The notes below the pieces were generated by a model. It was given only the letters and a program-made list of their open reading frames with translations. It was not told where the DNA came from and did not search any database. 64,000 nucleotides of DNA. It comes from Felis catus. Lineage: Eukaryota. The stretch covers positions 7,504,001 through 7,568,000 of the forward strand of contig NC_058383.1 of assembly GCF_018350175.1 (NCBI RefSeq), given 5' to 3'. The first letter of the stretch is position 1. Each line of letters opens with the position of its first letter. A program made the position numbers and the translations under genes. Below, piece by piece: positions 48,191 through 61,265 of this stretch.

Positions 48191-48800
48191 CTTGGTCTGG
48201 CTACCAGAGTGCAAGGTCTCTGGAGGCCAGGGGTCACAGAACACAAACTCACCGCCCCCTCTCCCCCGCCCCTCCCCTTCCAGACGCCGCTACCGGAAAC
48301 CGCTTGCCCCGACCCAAACAGGGCGGAAAGACCAGCCCCTGCCCCACCCCATCGGCGCTTCTAAGCGTCATTTCCGTTACTCCCCTCCCTGTCTCCCCGA
48401 GGGCTTCCGCCCACAAAACCTCGGCCCCACCCCTAAGCCGAAGTTTCAGAGCTGGAGCCCGTGGCGGCCCTATGGGTCCTCACGAGGACCATTTCTTCTT
48501 TGGAAACCTGGATGTGGCGTCTTTTTCCTGCAGTCTTGATCTGACTTCTGCTCGAAGCCGGAGTGTGCGTGTGTCAAGTCTTTTATGCCAAATGGGACAG
48601 CTTTAACTGAACGGTCAGGCGCCCCCACGTCGGCCCTCCCTACTCGGTGCCTTCACAGCATCTCCGTGTGTTTCGTCGCCTGCCAACTGCGACGGGAGCT
48701 TCCCAGTATGAGTGAGGGAGAAGCTCTCTGACCCCCCAGACCCGACTTCTTCCCGGGACTCTGGGCGTTCATGGTTGCCTCGGCAAGAACTGCCTCGTTC
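47380..48800. promoter_or_regulatory. CpG island covering the PPP1R35 body and promoter
   Basis: High CpG density; ETS-type CCGGAA/TTCCG cores and GC boxes at 48260-48430. Confidence 0.8.
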
Positions 48801-48877
48801 AGCCTTGCAGCCGTTTGTGACTTTTTCCCCTTCGAGGGCTCTCTAAAATATTCGTCTCTTTAAAATCGGTGTCTGTA

Positions 48878-49014
48878 GGGGCGCGAACCCACTCTTAATT
48901 TCGACTCAGGTCATGATCCCACGGTTGTGGGATCCAGCAGGGGTGGGGCTCTCCGCTGAGTGTGGAGCTGCTTGAGATTCTCTCTCTCCCTCTGCCCCTC
49001 TCCCCTCCTCGCGC

Positions 49015-49082
<68 letters not shown>

Positions 49083-49095
49083 AATAAATAAAAAT
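48878..49095 (+). mobile_element. SINEC with long (CT)n, upstream of PPP1R35
   Basis: ctcaggtcatgatcccacggttgtggg body; (CT)n 49019-49078; A-tail. Confidence 0.85.
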
Positions 49096-51773
49096 AGTTA
49101 CCTGTATGTTGAGTACAGTTTTTAAAAAGAAAAAAAAAAAGGCTCGGGGGATTGCAGGGCAGGAGACTGGATCGCTTGCCCGTTTCCTGTGTTCCTTGGG
49201 CCAGGTCCTCTCAGTTCTGTGAGCCTCTTTTGTCTTGTGTGAAATGTGCTAAGTTGGGCTCATGACTCTTGAGGTTCTCCCCAGATGGGTTATTACTCCG
49301 TCAACAGGCATGTTTGTCTGCCACTTTGCAGTTTGAGTGTTTTCACATGCTTTATCTTACTGAAAACTGCTGTGGAAGATCCGGTAGAAGGCATAGATAG
49401 CTACGTGCATTTAAAAAAAAAAACGAAAAAAATGTTTCTGAGGATCTCAGGGGTGAAACACTAGAGGCTATTCTGTCTTCAGCAGGAAAGTATACAAATT
49501 CCTCTACTATTCATTTGTGACAGGGAGTGGGGAGGCACAAATGTAAATCCCTGCGTTTTTTTTTAAGTGGAAATATAACTCAAAAACTTTGTAAGAAGGA
49601 GCGAACAAAATGAAAGCAAAAGAGGCTAGACTTTGATATACTCTGTTTTGTGTGTTTGACTTTGAAGCCTATGTTTTCCATACTATATGACAAAAATTAA
49701 TTTTTAAAAATCAGTCCCTATGGGGCATCTGGGTGGCTCAGTCCCTTAAGGTCAGACTCCTGATTCCGGCTCAGGTCATGATGTAACAGTTAGTGAGTTC
49801 AAGCCCCGCATCCGGCTCTCTACTGTCAGCACAGAGCCTGCTTTGAATCCTCTCTCCCCATCTCTCTCTGCCCCTCCCCTGCTCATGCTCGCTCTCTTTC
49901 TCTCAAAAAATAAAAAATATTTTTTAAAAATCAATCCCTAAAAGTTGAAAGTAAAATGAAATAAATGAATCTAAATGTGATTCTACATGGTGGCCTAACT
50001 TAATACGGAAGGGAACTTTTCTGAATGACCTGAAAACACATAAATTTAACTGTACATCCCAAAGATCTACCCTAAGGACAAAATTAACTGCCATTAAAAA
50101 AAAAAAAAAACAAAAAAAAAAACACCTGCCCTAAAGTCTTAAGTTATATTCAGTAGTCATGTGGGAAATAGGTAAAAATGTGTAGGACAAAACATACTTA
50201 TGTTAATAGTATCAGAACTGGAATTTTCACCTAGTAGAAAAGAGATACATATATAAAATCAATGATGTCATGCAAATATTCTGCCATATTGAATTTAGGC
50301 AGTATCTTATGAACCCCTGGTGTATTGTAGTTTAAATTGAAAAGTGTATCCTAGTTCTGTCCACTGAAAAGCTGTTAGAAACAATGATGGACCCAGTAAG
50401 CACCCATGGCCCCCAGAATGTGGTAGCTAATTCCATAGCCCTGAGCACTTCAAAACTCATATACATGGTTATAGCAGCTTTATTCATAATAGCCAAGAAC
50501 TTGAAACAACCCAAATGTCCTTCACCAGGTAAATAGTTAAATTATGGAGGTACCTGGGGGGGCTCAGTTGGTTAAGTGACCAACTTCATCTCAGGTCGTG
50601 ATCTCCCGGTTCATGAGTTCGGCCCCACATTGGGCTGTCTGCTATCAGCCTAAATAAACAAACAAACAAACAAACAAACAAATAAATGTTAAACTATCGT
50701 ATATCCATACTATAAAATGCTACTCAGCAATCAAAAGGAACATACTATTGGTACACAACAACTTGGATGAATTAGCTAGGTTATGCTGAGCCAAAAAAAT
50801 AGTAATAAAAGCTGGGGTGCCTGGGTGGCTCAGTCGGTTAAGCATCCGACTTCAGCTCAGCTCATGATCTCATGGTTTGTGGGTTTGAGCCCCATGTTGG
50901 GCTCTGTGCTGACAGCTCAGAGCCTAGAGCCTGCTTCAGATTCTGTGTCTCCCTCTCTTTCTGCCCCTCCTCTCTCAAAAATAAATAAACATTTTTAAAA
51001 ATGCATCAAAATCTCCTGGATGGCATGTTAAAACACAGAATGCCAGGCTCCAGCAAAGAGTTTCTGATCCAGTAGGTCTGTAGTATGGCCCAAGAAATTG
51101 AACTTAAAAAATTTTTATTTTATTATTTTTTTAAATGTTTATATATTTTTGAGAGAGAGAGAGAGAGAGACAGAGCATGAGCCAAGAAGGGGCAGAGAGA
51201 GAGGGAGACACAGAATCTGAAGCAGGCTCCAGGCTCTGAGCTGTCAGCACAGAGCCTGACACGAGGCTCAAACCCACAAACCATGAGATCATGACCTGAG
51301 CCAAAGTTGGACGCTTAACCAACTGAGCCACCCAGGCGCTCCCCCCAAGAAATTACATTTCTAATAAACTCCCAGATGATGTTAATGCTGCTGGCCCTAG
51401 CCCACATTTTGAGAACCACAACTGGTAAGTGGTGATGCCTCAGCCTACCTTGGCCCCAGGGCCTGACTACCCAGGCTCTTACCCATAACCCCCAGTGCTT
51501 CCCAACCTGCAAGTGGGGCAGGTGGCATGAAAGAGGTCTTTGGGCAAATACTATTTGGGATGTACAACTTGGGGAGAAATGTGGCAGTTCCCCCCAGACT
51601 TTGCTGCTCCCCCCTCCCACTCCCAGGTAGGCCCATCCAGAAGCTACTAAGCCTTTGGCCTAGGGCTAGTCCTGGGCCCTCTCCTACTTCTCAATTCCTT
51701 TCCTGGCTGATTTCCACAGCTCCTAGACCAAGCGATCAACATCTGTAAGTGTGTGCATTTGGGTGAAGGGTGG

Positions 51774-52082
51774 TGTAGGAGGCTGAATAATGACCTCCCA
51801 GAGACATGAGGCCCAATCCCAAGTCTCCTTAAAAGAGGGAGGCAGCAAAGAGGAGACAATGTGAGAGAGATCAGAGTGGCCACCAGAGGCTGGACGAAAG
51901 CAAAGAATGGATTCTCCTCTGGAGCCTCTGGAGGGAGCACAGCTCTCCTTGCACCTTGATTTTGGCTCAGGGAAACTAATTTCAGACTTCTGACCTCCAG
52001 AACCATGAGAGAATGAATTTATGTTGTTTTAAGGCACTGAGTGTGTGGTAACTTGTTATGGCAGCCCCAGAAAACTAGTACA
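51774..52082 (+). mobile_element. MLT1-type MaLR solo LTR
   Basis: TG..CA ends; ggattctcctctggagcct..gagggagcacagc; gacttctgacctccagaac; TSD GGTGG/GTTGG. Confidence 0.85.
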
Positions 52083-53224
52083 GTTGGGGGAAAAGTCTGG
52101 GCAGCACCTCGGGCTTGGGTCACCGTGTTCCCCAGGATCTCACCCACACTCTCACCTTGGCAGCATCCCCATCCCTTGGGGGGCTGAGATTGGAGGCCCC
52201 TTGGTGAGAAGGATCTGGTCATGAAGGACCATCTTGTCCTGAGAAGGCTTTCCCAGGCTCCAGAGAGTTACCAAGGGAAACAGGTAAAGACAGGAGGAGG
52301 AAGAGTGGGACGCGGGAGATAGACAGGTGGTGTATTGGAGGCACTGGGGAGGGAAGCCTGGTGTTGGCATTATAGAGGAATAACTCACTGGGGTCCCTCC
52401 ATGTAGGGAAAGGGATGGGGGCCATATCAGCACAGAGGGAGGGGCCATTAGGGGAAGTCTTGTGTGAAGAAGTTAATGGTGAGGGTCTCTGTCCAGCAAT
52501 ACCCATCCAATGGCCTCCAACATCTCAAGGTCCAGGGAGTAGCCACACAGCTGGTCACTGATCATGTCCAAAGCATCAGGCAACCATGGCAACCAGGAAG
52601 CGTGCTCAAGAAACTGAGGCCTTAGATACTGAGTTTTAGGAGACCAAAACCTGGGCTGCTAGCAGAGCCCTAGGAATTAGGACCCAGCCCCCACCCCACC
52701 CCTGACAAGCTCCTCTCTGCCATGCACTGTGTCAGTCCTTAACCCAAGAAACCCCCCAAATGCCCAGCACATTTCCTATCTGCATCCTAGGCTGAAGAAA
52801 GGCGTGTTGCTCTGGCACCAATGAGCTGAGCAAAGATCTGGAATTGGGTTGGTTCTAGGCTAGAGGGATGGAGGGGCCACAAGCAGGAACCAGGTAGTCC
52901 AGCAGGAAGTGAACTTGGCAGAGAAAGAGGCCTTCCACACTGCTGTCGCCAAAGATGTGCCTGTGGGCATAGATATCACATCTGCTGCCCCAGGTCCGTA
53001 GTCCACGCTTAGGGACAGAGAGAGGAATAGGAGGGACTCACATCCCAGAGAGGACTGGGCCTGGGTCCAGAAGCCAAAGGACTCCCCCCCACCCCCACCC
53101 CCTCCAGCAACACCATCTCTTTCCTCTTTAGGCCTTAGTCTTCTCGTTATTAAAGGTGGAAGTACTATATTCGTTGATCTCTGAGCAGCTTCTGTTCCAG
53201 GCAGTACATCCCCTCCCCCAAACA

Positions 53225-53225
<1 letters not shown>

Positions 53226-53267
<42 letters not shown>
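53226..53267. repeat. (CA)n microsatellite
   Basis: Perfect dinucleotide run. Confidence 0.95.
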
Positions 53268-53270
<3 letters not shown>

Positions 53271-54534
53271 CAGTCTTTTGCCACCACCCAGGGGCTGGTC
53301 CCCTCCCCTTGGCATCTCCTGCAACCAGCCCCTTCCTCTCTCCTTCCCAAGACTCTCACTTCTCCCCAGGACTCTAGCATCTCCCCTCCCCACCAGCCAT
53401 GGCAGTCTCCCCAGCCAGCCCCCAGCCAGGAGTGGCAATTCAGGATGACTGGATAGATGTGTCCAACCAGCCAGGCCTACCAGGCGCCGCAGGAAGCAGC
53501 GAGTATCCTGATGCAACTTAAAAGTGGCAGGTCTGAGGATGGATGCTGGAGATCAACTGCTTCTTGGCAAAAAACCCTAGAAGCATAAAGTGGGTGCAGT
53601 GAGAGCTGGAGCGGTGGAGCAGGTCAGATCTCCTGCCAGGAGCAAGCTCCGTGCTTTGGGAGTGATCCAGTGAGCAAGGAACTGAGGTAACACAGGGCAC
53701 AGGTCAAATGGAGGAACAGGAGAAGCCCTGGAATGAGAAGCCATCATTCCAAGAGAGCCCCACCATGGCCCGAAGCTAAGCTGGGACATTGGGCACCAAG
53801 ACCAGGGTTCCTCAATCTGATCAAAATCTCCTCTTCCTTCTCTACCTTCAGGCCAGTGGTCCCAGCTCAGGGTGTTCCCCTTACCCAATGCAGCCTAGAT
53901 ATCTCTCCCCTCCTCCACTTCCAAGAGACTGGTCCTCCATATCCTTCTCTTCCTCTTCTCTAGATCCTAGGCCAGCTTCTATCACTCCACTCCCAGCATC
54001 ATCTCTGCCCCACTTGGCGCTGGAGGCATCCATGCAGTGAGCTGGATGTTCCTGAGACCATATCCATCCTCTCCAGATCTTCTCTGCCCGCCCTCAAATC
54101 TGCAGGGTGCCCAGTGTGGTTCTGGGAGGGTGGGGGGGGAGTCCTCTTCATAGCCCTTATAATATCAGCTTGGAGGATCAACATGCCTGGTTCATAGGGC
54201 TCATCCACTTGTCCTGTACGCCCCAGAGATCCCACCAGGAAAATCTCATCTTGCCTACAAGACACTCTCACCTGCAAGGGGTAGTTATGCTTTGGCCGAT
54301 GAGGTGACCCCCAACACACACACATGTAAGCATGTACTTGTTAACAGGTACAGGTCCCACTGAGGAGCAGCATCAGGTCATGTCACAGAGCACTATCCAT
54401 CAGAAGAGAGTAGATCCCTTGGGCCAGGCTCTATGAAGACCTCCATGGTCCTGTAGAAAGCCAAATTCGGTGTAGGATGGCAGATGCACCTGCTGGGAAG
54501 AGGAGGAACAAACTTGGAGAGATGGTGCAGGGAC

Positions 54535-54700
54535 ACTGGGGCAGCCCACAAGGCAATTTTGTGCAAATTAGAAAAATGTGCCCCTTTTCTGAAGCCCTTT
54601 ACTGCTATGTGGTGAAAAATTGCCCTAATGGTTCCATACATGTCTGTTGATTGTAGAGTTGTGCAGTGCACAACCTACACAACAGTAACCGTTGGCCCTG
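54535..54700. mobile_element. MER91-like hAT fragment
   Basis: ttttgtgcaaattagaaaaa.gtgcccc...gttgtgcagtgcacaacct.cacaac...ggccctg. Confidence 0.55.
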
Positions 54701-55040
54701 AAGGACGGAGAGAGAAGGAGGAGGGGCCCCTAGGTTCAGTCAGGGAAATGGGGAAAGCAGTGATCAGTGACATCCAATATCACTAACTGTGGGATCTTAG
54801 AGGTGTTACTGAACTCCTCTAAACCACAATTTACTGATTTGGAAACCAGCAGTGATGGCCTTAGGGCCTAAGAGACAGTCTGCCTTCAGGACTAAATGAG
54901 GTGATGGATGCAAAGCTCTGTTAGGCATGAAGTGCGAGCTCCGGTGATGGTGGACATGGCAGCAAGAACAGTAGAGCAAGAGGGCGAGAGAGGCTAGCTG
55001 TTCCCGGGCAGGGGACAGGTTTCACTAGCTTGTTGAGAAG

Positions 55041-55043
<3 letters not shown>

Positions 55044-55090
<47 letters not shown>
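55044..55090. repeat. (GT)n microsatellite at the tail of a reverse-strand SINE (to about 55245)
   Basis: Perfect dinucleotide run followed by a SINE body. Confidence 0.92.
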
Positions 55091-55091
<1 letters not shown>

Positions 55092-55269
55092 GTGTTGTTG
55101 TTTTGGCTTTATTTGAGAGCGCGCGCGCGCGAGAGAGAGCTGGGGGTGTGGAGGGGTGGGGGGTTGGAGCGAGGGGCTCGATCCCAGAACCTTGGGATCA
55201 AGACCTGAGCCGAAATCAAGCCTCAAGACGCTCAACCCAAGCCCGGAATTGTTTTAACTAGAAATTAAC

Positions 55270-55810
55270 TGTCCGATGGAACCAGTGTCCAACGGCCGAA
55301 GTTACCACGGTGGGCGGACCCCGAGGACACAGGGCAGGGGCAACGTAGGGGCCGCGGCGAGGAGGGGCAGGGGCTCGGGTCTGAGGCTCACACAGGGACG
55401 CCTCCCTGTTCGCGGACACTGCCAGGAGGCCCTCCCGCCCCTCCGCCGCCGTGGCCGCCGCCCCTCCAGGCCGCTGCCAGCTCCTACCCTGGGGCCGAGA
55501 GAGGAGCGGCGAGAGGGCGGTGGCAAAGCCTCGGCGGATCGGACGTCCGCGCACGCCAGCGCCACCTGGAGCTCAGGAGAGCGAGGTGGCGGATCGCGCA
55601 GGTCCCCCAGCTCGGCGGCCGGCTTGGTGCCGCGCTGTCGTTCCACCCGGACATCCCACCCGGAGCTTGGTGCCCTGGGGCCGGGTCTCCCCGCACCTAC
55701 ACCAGTCGGACCGAGGGAGGAGGCGGCAGAGACCCCCGGGGCGGCCAAGGCCTCAGGGGTTGTGGGGTGACGTCACGGGGTTGGGCCGGTGGCCAGGTTT
55801 GGCACGCACT
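55270..55810. promoter_or_regulatory. Orphan CpG island
   Basis: GC/CpG-rich block; perfect CRE palindrome TGACGTCA at 55768-55775. Confidence 0.7.
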
Positions 55811-56089
55811 GCCTTCATTGTGTACCCTTCCTCCCCTTTCCTCAGCGACTTCAGGGTAAAGTGCAAATTCCTTCAGCTTCCAGCTTTATATCACCTTTCC
55901 CACCCAAAGGAAGTCCCCAGGACCCCAGGCTGGAGCCTTCAACTACCCAAGGGGCCTTCCATGACCTTTCCCCAGGGCAGCTTCTGGTGCATGCCCCCCC
56001 CCCCCCACCCCATCTCAGGTTAAAATACAATTCCCAGGCCTCACTTCAATCCTGGCTTTGAGGCCAGGGATCTGTATTATTTTTCTCCT

Positions 56090-56490
56090 TTTTAATGTTT
56101 ATTTAGAAAATTTAATGTTTATTTATTTTTGAGAGAGAGAGAGACAGAGTGTGAGCCGGGGAGGGGCAGAAAGAGAGAGGGAGACATAAAATCTGAAGCA
56201 GGCTCCAGGCTGTCAGCACAGCCCAAGGCAGGGCTCCAACTCACAAACCGTGAGATCATGACCTGGGTTGAAGTCAGATGCTTAACCGACTGAGCCACCC
56301 AGGCACCACAATGTTTATTTATTTTGCCCCTCACAAGCAGAGGAGGGGCAGACAGGCGGGGGGCACAGAGGATCTGAAGCGAGCTCGGTGCTGACAACAG
56401 TGAGCTCCATGTGGGGCTCGAACTCAGGAACATGGAGATCACGTCCTGAGCTGAAGTTGCCCACTCAACAGACTGAGCCACCAGGTGCCC
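56090..56490 (-). mobile_element. Two reverse-strand SINEC copies
   Basis: Two gagccacc(c)agg(c/t)(a/g)cc ends with T-rich tails. Confidence 0.88.
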
Positions 56491-58324
56491 CAGAATCTGT
56501 ATTTTTAATGAGTTCCCAGGTGATTCTGATGTGTCTGAAAGCTTCGGAATCTAATGGTCTGCATTCCCGCTCAATATGGCAGTGGTTCTCAAACTTCGTC
56601 TGTCTTGTTAAAACAGATGGGTGGGACCCGCCCTCAGAGATTCTGATTCAGTGGGTCTGGGGTAGGGCCTGAGAGTCTACGTTTCTACCCATTTTCAGCG
56701 TGCGGCTAGTACAGCTGGTCTAGCACCACACCCTGAGAACCACTTCTCTGGTGTGTTTAGAAGACCTATTCACCTGCTGCCAATTCACCCTGTATCAAGC
56801 CCTGTGCATGGCACTTCACATTCATGCAGCCGTGTGACATTAAGTATTTACTGTATTTTCCAGATAAGGAAAGTAAGATTCAGACAGGTTAACTCACTTG
56901 CTCAAGGTCACACAGCTAGGAAGGATGGGTTTTTCTGAGTTGGCTGTATCTCTTGTGCACTGCTAATGATCTGCCCCCTGAGGGTTTTGCTTGTCTCTAG
57001 AAGTCAACCCCGGCACTCCGTGAAGCCTGAAAAGGTACAGGAGAGGGCTTTGAGTCCCGTTCCCACACTGCCCTGGGTTCAGGGGACTGATTTTGTTGGG
57101 TGCCAGGTTCTCTGCTCAGAGAGTTCATGAGGAAGGGACTGAGAAGCCACCTTGTGTGGTGCTGACCCCTACTTCCTTTGCTCCCGCTCACATCGAGAGT
57201 GGAAGATCCTGACTTCTCCCTGATTGGCTCCAGAGTCTCCTGGACATTCACCAGAGAATGGGAGGAGGGAAGGACACAGAAAAGGATGGAGGCAGGGCCA
57301 TCAGAGAGGAGAAAGGAGAGGCAGTGCCGCACAGGTGCCCCGGCACCTGTCGGTACTGCCTGGAGGTATTGTCCCAATAAGTCCTGGGTGGCAGCCTGTC
57401 CTCAGGGGCAGGGACACACAGGTGGAGCCACAGCTGTGGATGGGGTGGAGAGGAGAGCAGGTAAAGGACAGTGTGGTGAGGGAAAAAACAAATCTGAGTA
57501 GGCTGTTAGGGACGAGGAGAGTTCTCACCTGTGACTCCCAATTCCTGTCTATTTCACACCGGGCTTCTCCCTGGTCACCTCTGAACCCCCACTTTCTGTG
57601 GGGTAGACCCGAGACAAGGCGTCAACAACCCGTCTGGACAGTGCTTAATCTCCCCTGGCTCTCCCTTCCAACCCCAGGCTTTGTGTTTCTCCCTGCTTGC
57701 TTCTGGGTCTTGAAGGTTTTCTTGGGGAGGGGAGCACAGTCAGGGAGCCAACGGCAGGACCCCAAAGGGAGTGAGTCTGAACCCTGAAGCCCATCGAGTG
57801 GACAGGCCAGGACCAAGTAGTGCATACCCAATGAGTCAGCCTTCCCTACCCCAAACATCCATTGAACACCTCTGCGTGAGGGGCACTGTGCTAAGGTAAG
57901 CCTGGGACCCTGGGACACTGCCCAGGGAGGGGGCGGGGACTCAGGGAAGGCTTCTCTGAGGAAAGGGGAGAGAAGCTCTGAAGGGGGAATGGGAGCAAGC
58001 CAGGTGAAGAATGTGGGGGAACAACTTTCAAAACTGAAGAATCAGCATCTGCAAAGGCCCAGGGGCAGGAGGAAATAAATGGAAACCAACCAAGCACACT
58101 GGAAGTGACAGCAAGGGGAAACCCAGAGAGATGAGGTCAGGCAGGTGGACAGGGACCACCGCCAGGAGCTGAGGTAAGGGGATTGGGTTTCATCCTAAGG
58201 GCTACAGGACACCCTGAAAAGGACTTACACGAAGAGACGACGTACTCCAAGTTGCACCGCAAAGATCTCTCTAACCCCATATAAAATTTCAAAACTGTAT
58301 TTGTTTGGTGAAAAATGAGTAAAT

Positions 58325-59260
58325 AAGCTCATACCTGTTAGAATGTCTGCCACCAAAAAGACAAGAGGGGTTCCTGGGTGGCTCAGTTAAGCGTCCAACT
58401 TCAGTTCAGGTCATGATTTCTCAGTCCATGAGTTGGAGCCCTGTGTTGGGCTCTGTGCTGACAGCTCAGAGCCTGGAGCCTGCTTTGGATTCTGTCTCCC
58501 TCTCTCTCTCTGCCCCTCCCCTACTCACACTCTGTCTCTCTTTGTCTCTCTGAAAAATAAATAAACAAACATTAAAACACATTTTTAAAAAGACAAGAGA
58601 TTATAAGTGTTGGTGAGGGTGTGGAGAAAACACAACACTTGTGCACTGCTGGTGGGAATGTCACTTGGTGCGGCCACTATGGCAAATGGTATGGAGGTTT
58701 CTCAAAAATTAAAAATAGAACTACCATGTGATCCAGCAATGCCACTTCTGGAGATTTATCTGAAGAAGAAACAAAAACACTAACTCAAAAAGGTATCTGC
58801 ACCCCCATGTTCATCATAACATTATTTTTTTCATGTTTATTTATTTATTTTGAGAGAGAGAAAGTGAGCAGGGGAGGGGTAGAGAGAGAATCCCAAGTAG
58901 GCTCCACGCTGTCAGAGTAGAGCCTGATGCGAGCCTTGAACTCACCAGCCGTGAGATCATGACCTGAGCCAAAACTAAGAGTCGGATGTTTAACTGAGCC
59001 ACCCAGGCGCCCCCATCATAACATTACAATAGTCAAGACATGGAAGAAACCTGAAGCTCACTGATGGACCAGCTGAGGTAAGGGGATTGGATTTCACCCA
59101 ATATATATGATGGAATATTATTCCACAAAAAGAAAGGAAATCCCGCCGTTTGTGACACCATGGATGGACTTTAAGGTCATTGTGCTAAGTGAAATAAGTC
59201 AGAGAAAGACAAATACCGTAAGATCTCACATCGGTAATGAATAAACTTTAAGAAATTAAA
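58325..59260 (+). mobile_element. L1 3' fragment with two nested SINEs (58367-58590 +, 58825-59014 -)
   Basis: L1 ORF2-end/3'UTR motifs (cactgctggtgggaatg, aaaatagaactaccat, catggatggac); SINE TSDs AAAAAGACAAGAG and ATCATAACATTA. Confidence 0.85.
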
Positions 59261-59494
59261 TATATGTCAAGTAATTTTTTAAAAAGTGCCACCTCTATGT
59301 GGGAAAGCTGAATAAATGGTATATAGGCACTCAATATTATATTATTTCTGATGACTGCATGTGAATCCACATTCTTTCAAAATAAAAAGTTAAAAAAGAG
59401 GATTGTGTTAAAACATTTGCAACTCATATCACAGAAAGGCTTAATGCCCTTGATATATAAAGAGCTTCTAGGTATCAATAAGAAATAATAATAA

Positions 59495-59730
59495 AAACAA
59501 ACATGTATTCAGCACATACTATGTGGCAAGTACTATTCTAAGATTTTTCTGTGCATTAATTCATTAAATCCTCACAACATTCCTACATTACCTCCATTTT
59601 GCAGATGAGGTGACGGAGACACAGAGAGGTTAAGTAACTTGCCCGAGGCCATACAGCTGGTAAGTGGTAGAGCCAGGACTTAAAACCTGGTAGTCTGGCT
59701 CCAGAGTGAAGGCTCTTAAATTCGATATTA
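59495..59730 (-). mobile_element. MIR
   Basis: ccattttgcagatgagg..acggagacacagagaggttaagtaacttgccc. Confidence 0.85.
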
Positions 59731-61079
59731 AACTCTGTGGGCCTCTAGAAAGGACCCATAACCCAGCCGAAAAACCTGTCAGAGCATATAAATAAAGGAA
59801 AAACAGCTGGGCCTATTTTTACCACATGGGTAAATGTAGAGGCAGAGAGAAAGCCAGAGAAGGGTAGTACAGACCTGCCCCTTCATCCTGGGGACCGGCC
59901 TTCTTAGGGCCTCATCTGTCCCAGCTTGGGCCAGCCACTGTCACACCTCAGTTGTGCCCTTGCACAGACTCCTTCAACGCAAAACATTGAGCCTGTCTTG
60001 CAAAACCCGCCCCTCTACAGCCACTCACTGCAGGAGGCACTGAGGGAAAGGGAAACAGGCCATGACTCAGCTTTCGCAGGGATACAGCATCCCAGGTGAG
60101 GGGGGCAGACAGGTGTGGGACAGGAGGGCTCAACTCGTGAAACAAAGAGGTCTAAGAAGGGAAGAGGAGATCCCTACCCTTAGGCCATTCCCAGCACCCC
60201 AGAATGACCCCCACGGGACAGATAGGCAGCTCCAGCAAGGGGCAGACAGCATTTTCAGCCCTGGGATGTACAATCTTCTCCTTCAGTTAATCTCAGTCTT
60301 GCCGCTCCTGAGGGAAAAATGGAAACAAGTGAAAATATAGCTACAGATACCCGCAAGTACATACAGGCACACACATCTGTGTACATGCAGCTACACACAC
60401 ACCCTGTCTGCATGTCTGAGAATAACTGAGGCCGAAGCCTTCGTGCCTGTAGGGGAAGTGAGGGCTGGCTCTCCTTCCTCAGGGCTCAGATATGACAGCG
60501 GATGAGGGTGGAGCAGGGAGAGTGACGTGGGTGAAAAGAAGATCTGGTTTCCAGGGCTGAGACTTTTGTCTCTGGGTTCAAAGGTTTAAACCAAGAATGT
60601 TTTCCCTGGGTTCGACTCTCTTCGCGGCAGCTTTGGCCTGTTAGGAAACAAGGTTGAGGGAAGCTGAAGGCACCATGTGTCTCCCCAACCCTGAAGGCTA
60701 TGTGGTGGATAAAGAGAGCACAGGACTCAAAGCAGAACCCCTGGAAGCTGGCAGGGAGCACAGCAATCAGTTGCTTCAATCCATTATTTTCTTGGAAGAG
60801 CCTGAGGCCCAGTGAAGAAAGGTGACCAGCCCAAGTCCCGCGGTGAAGTGGTAACAACACTGAGTCCAGAACCAATGGCTTTTGACTCTCTGTCAAGTGC
60901 TCTTCCTGGTACTCGCTGCACATGGCGTTCTTGGTCATTTCCAAAATGGCATGGCGCCCACAAGACAGCTGGTGGGAGTGTGCTTCCCACATAATAGGTG
61001 AAGGTTTACTTTCTGTTTTATTCAGTACTGTTTGGGGCCATGGGGATGGTAACCATACACTGTCACTCTTAACTGTTAT

Positions 61080-61265
61080 CATAATAATAACAGCCTACAT
61101 TTATTGAGTCCTTATACTGTGCTGAGCATCACTTCCTGGATCTTCATGACAACCCTGTGATACAGGTACAACTGCTTTCCCCATTTTACAGATGAGGAAA
61201 CCAAGGCTCAGAGAGGTTAACAGATTCACCCAAGGTCACACATCCAGGAAGTGTTAGTTTAAACC
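61080..61265 (-). mobile_element. MIR
   Basis: cccattttacagatgaggaaaccaaggctcagagaggttaa. Confidence 0.85.

Noticed and set aside
52480..52613. Faint resemblance of DALDMISDQLCGYSLDLEMLEAIG to a glypican helix
   Set aside because: Too weak to call from memory; the glypican cysteine pattern is not seen in neighbouring segments.
52860..53516. 218-aa minus-strand ORF as a single gene
   Set aside because: Runs through a (CA)n microsatellite and G-runs; at most sub-segments could be exon remnants (see finding).
55258..56023. 150-190 aa ORFs in several frames, considered as SPACDR/C7orf61 or TSC22D4
   Set aside because: No match to recalled peptides of either gene; low-complexity Pro/Arg/Gly/Ala translations typical of a CpG island.
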